DNA of 35,908 nucleotides from Geodermatophilaceae bacterium. Lineage in GTDB: Bacteria; Actinomycetota; Actinomycetes; Mycobacteriales; Geodermatophilaceae. The stretch is taken from the NCBI GenBank assembly GCA_013696785.1, contig JACCXW010000166.1, positions 1 through 35,908 of the forward strand, written 5' to 3'. The translations under genes and the position numbers were made by a program. Shown here in pieces: positions 34,057 to 35,908 of the stretch. The notes under the pieces were generated by a model. The model had not been told where the DNA came from, searched no databases, and saw nothing but the letters and a program-made list of their open reading frames with translations. The stretch's first letter is position 1, and every line of letters starts with the position of its first letter.

Positions 34057-34688
34057 TTGCCGACGACGAGGTGCTCCTGCAGCAAGGTCTGTCCAGACTG
34101 TTGTCCGAGATCGGCGTCGAGGTGACCGCGACCGCCGGGGATAGCCCGACCTTGATGCGTGCAGTCGCGGTGGAGCTGCCGGATGTCGCGATCATCGACA
34201 TCAAGATGCCGCCCACGCACACCGACGAAGGCCTGGCCGCGGCCCTGGCGATCCGGGAGCAGTACCCGTCTGTCGCGGTGTTGGTGCTGTCGCACTTCTT
34301 GGATTCGCGCTATGCCACGAAGCTGATCGAGAATCACCCGCGCTCAGTCGGATACCTGCTCAAGGAACGGGTGTCGGACATCGTCGTACTCCTCGACGCG
34401 CTGCAGCGGGTCGCTGCCGGCGAATGCGTCATCGCCCCGCCGATCGTGTCCCGCCTCCTGCATCGGCCCCGTACGCCGGGCCGGCTGGACCGGTTGACCG
34501 ACCGGGAACGCGAGGTGCTCGCCCTGATGGCAGAGGGGCACTCGAACCAGGGGATCTCCGAGCGGCTCACTCTGAGTCCTCGCACGGTGGAGCGGCACAT
34601 CGGTCACATCTTCGGGAAACTGGACCTCGCTGAATCCGACGCTTCCCACCGGCGGGTGCTGGCCGTCCTGGCTCTGCTGCGTACCTGA
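34044..34688 (+). CDS. Response regulator, NarL/LuxR family
   Basis: The receiver domain is MRVVIADDEVLL...DVAIIDIKMPP...VLVLS. The C-terminal LuxR HTH is LTDREREVLALMAEGHSNQGISERLTLSPRTVERHIGHIFGKL. GTG start overlaps the kinase 3' end by 13 nt. Confidence 0.92.
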   Translation: MRVVIADDEVLLQQGLSRLLSEIGVEVTATAGDSPTLMRAVAVELPDVAIIDIKMPPTHTDEGLAAALAIREQYPSVAVLVLSHFLDSRYATKLIENHPRSVGYLLKERVSDIVVLLDALQRVAAGECVIAPPIVSRLLHRPRTPGRLDRLTDREREVLALMAEGHSNQGISERLTLSPRTVERHIGHIFGKLDLAESDASHRRVLAVLALLRT

Positions 34689-34742
34689 CTCGACCCTATG
34701 GAATCGCGCGGTCCGAGGACCTCGCTCGCCAATGTTGGTGGT

Positions 34743-34774
34743 AGCACGCATCACCGGTGACACAGATGCGTGCT
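34743..34774. promoter_or_regulatory. Perfect 10-bp inverted repeat AGCACGCATC-N12-GATGCGTGCT, candidate operator or hairpin
   Basis: Read directly: arms at 34743-34752 and 34765-34774 with a 12-nt spacer. It lies 55 nt downstream of the response regulator stop and 76 nt upstream of the PD40 gene ATG. No U tract follows. Confidence 0.4.
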
Positions 34775-34850
34775 GCCCCTGACGTCCATCGGGCCCGGTC
34801 GAGTCGATTCTGGCGGTGCCTCGAGGCCCGGGGGGCTCGACAAAGGAGTG

Positions 34851-35822
34851 ATGAGGATGCGAGGAACGACGCTGGCCCGGCCGCTGGTGGTTGCTGCGGT
34901 GCTGGTCGGCACGCTGACCGCGGTCGGGCCGAGCCCGGCCGAGGCGACCTTTCCGGGTAACAACGGTCGGATCGCCTTCTCGTTGGGCGAAGCGCTGCCC
35001 GGGGGGTTTCCCAGCCCCTCACAGGTCTACACGGTGCGGCCCGATGGCACGGGTCGGCGTCAGCTCACCCATGTGCCGGCCGACAAGACCGCGTCGTCAC
35101 CGGCCTGGTCGCCGGACGGTAGGCGGATCGCCTACCAGAGCAACGTCGACGGTGACTTCCAGCTGTGGGTGATGAACGCCGACGGCAGCGCCCAGACCCG
35201 GCTGCTCGACGACCCGGGCTTCGCGCACTACCAGCCGAGTTGGTCACCGGATGGCGGCACGCTGGTGTTCAGCCGCTGCGACAGGTCGCTGGGCTTCGAT
35301 GCCTACTGCGACCTGGCCACGGTCGACGCCGACGGCAGCTGGCTGCGGACCCTGCTCGGCGGCAACTGGATCCACACTCGGCCTCGGGTGTCCCCTGACG
35401 GCACGAAGATCGTGTTCAACAGCACCATGGGCGGGCTGCTGTCGGCCATCTGGGTGATCAACGTCGACGGCAGTGGAGTCACCCGGCTCACCGACCCGGC
35501 CGTCGAGGGGTTCTGGCCGGATTGGTCACCGGACGGGCGGCATATCGTGTTCACCGACTTCTGCTGCCTGCCGTTGAGCAACGTGCTGGTGATGAACGCC
35601 GACGGCAGCGGGATCCGCTTTCTCACCCACCTCACCGCCCCCCGGCAGAGCGGGTTCGCCAGCTACTCCCCGGACGGCCGCAAGGTCGTCCTGCTGGCTA
35701 CGCCCCCGGGCGGCGGAGAGTCCAACGTCCTCGCCACGATCAACATCGACGGCAGCGGGTTGAGGCCGATCACCGGTGCCCGACCGGAGCTGGCGTTGTC
35801 CGACTGGGGTCCATCCGCTTAG
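34851..35822 (+). CDS. Secreted PD40/TolB-like beta-propeller repeat protein
   Basis: AAAGGAG at 34842-34848 precedes ATG 34851. The signal peptide is MRMRGTTLARPLVVAAVLVGTLTAVGPSPAEA. Repeated PD40 units follow (PAWSPDGRRIAYQS, PSWSPDGGTLVFSR, PRVSPDGTKIVFNS, PDWSPDGRHIVFTD, ASYSPDGRKVVLLA), each followed by a V.N.DGSG..LT segment. Confidence 0.85.
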   Translation: MRMRGTTLARPLVVAAVLVGTLTAVGPSPAEATFPGNNGRIAFSLGEALPGGFPSPSQVYTVRPDGTGRRQLTHVPADKTASSPAWSPDGRRIAYQSNVDGDFQLWVMNADGSAQTRLLDDPGFAHYQPSWSPDGGTLVFSRCDRSLGFDAYCDLATVDADGSWLRTLLGGNWIHTRPRVSPDGTKIVFNSTMGGLLSAIWVINVDGSGVTRLTDPAVEGFWPDWSPDGRHIVFTDFCCLPLSNVLVMNADGSGIRFLTHLTAPRQSGFASYSPDGRKVVLLATPPGGGESNVLATINIDGSGLRPITGARPELALSDWGPSA

Positions 35823-35841
35823 GCGAGAAAGGAGCATCGAC

Positions 35842-35908
35842 ATGCGCATGTCATCACGCCTCGGCCGGGTCTTCCTGCTGGCCATCCTGGTCCTGGTCAC
35901 CGGAGGCG
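35842..35908 (+). CDS. 5' end of a further exported or membrane protein (truncated by window edge)
   Basis: AAAGGAG at 35828-35834 precedes ATG 35842. The translation MRMSSRLGRVFLLAILVLVTGG has a basic n-region and hydrophobic core. Only 22 codons are visible. Confidence 0.45.
   Translation, partial: MRMSSRLGRVFLLAILVLVTGG

Overview
High-GC (roughly 70% by eye) Actinomycetota chromosomal segment, densely coding on both strands. I support about 33 protein genes, 2 pseudogenes and a few repeats or regulatory candidates. I saw no rRNA, tRNA, CRISPR array, transposase or integrase.

Layout:
- 1-10.3 kb: conserved actinobacterial core (PfkB kinase fragment, DUF3099, HhH-GPD repair protein, dtd, sigB-like sigma factor, ideR, class V aminotransferase, FAD oxidase). 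The sigB-ideR interval carries a decayed VOC pseudogene and an overlapping acuC-pat pair (lysine deacetylase and acetyltransferase).
- 10.3-15.8 kb: a 12-bp tandem array, an S9 peptidase, DUF4192, DUF1206 and a lipoprotein.
- 16.0-23.5 kb: a tightly coupled five-gene glycolate cluster (aceB-glcD-glcE-glcF-LctP permease).
- 23.5-28.0 kb: an accessory-looking patch of nucleic-acid-acting genes. It holds a stand-alone family-A DNA polymerase paralog, a small ORF, an SDR, an SRA-like/HNH nuclease gene split by one in-frame TAG, and an apparently leaderless vapBC.
- 28.2-35.9 kb: a GlnA3-like glutamine-synthetase-family, amidohydrolase and APC permease cluster, followed by a NarL-type two-component system and secreted PD40 beta-propeller proteins.

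I do not see a convincing complete novel multi-gene system. The best leads are the amber-interrupted nuclease with vapBC, the orphan family-A polymerase, the acuC-pat pair, the 12-bp array and the GS-like cluster fused to a two-component system. All family assignments come from motif recognition by eye, with no database search. Many long ORFs in the track are high-GC antisense or alternate-frame artefacts and were rejected.
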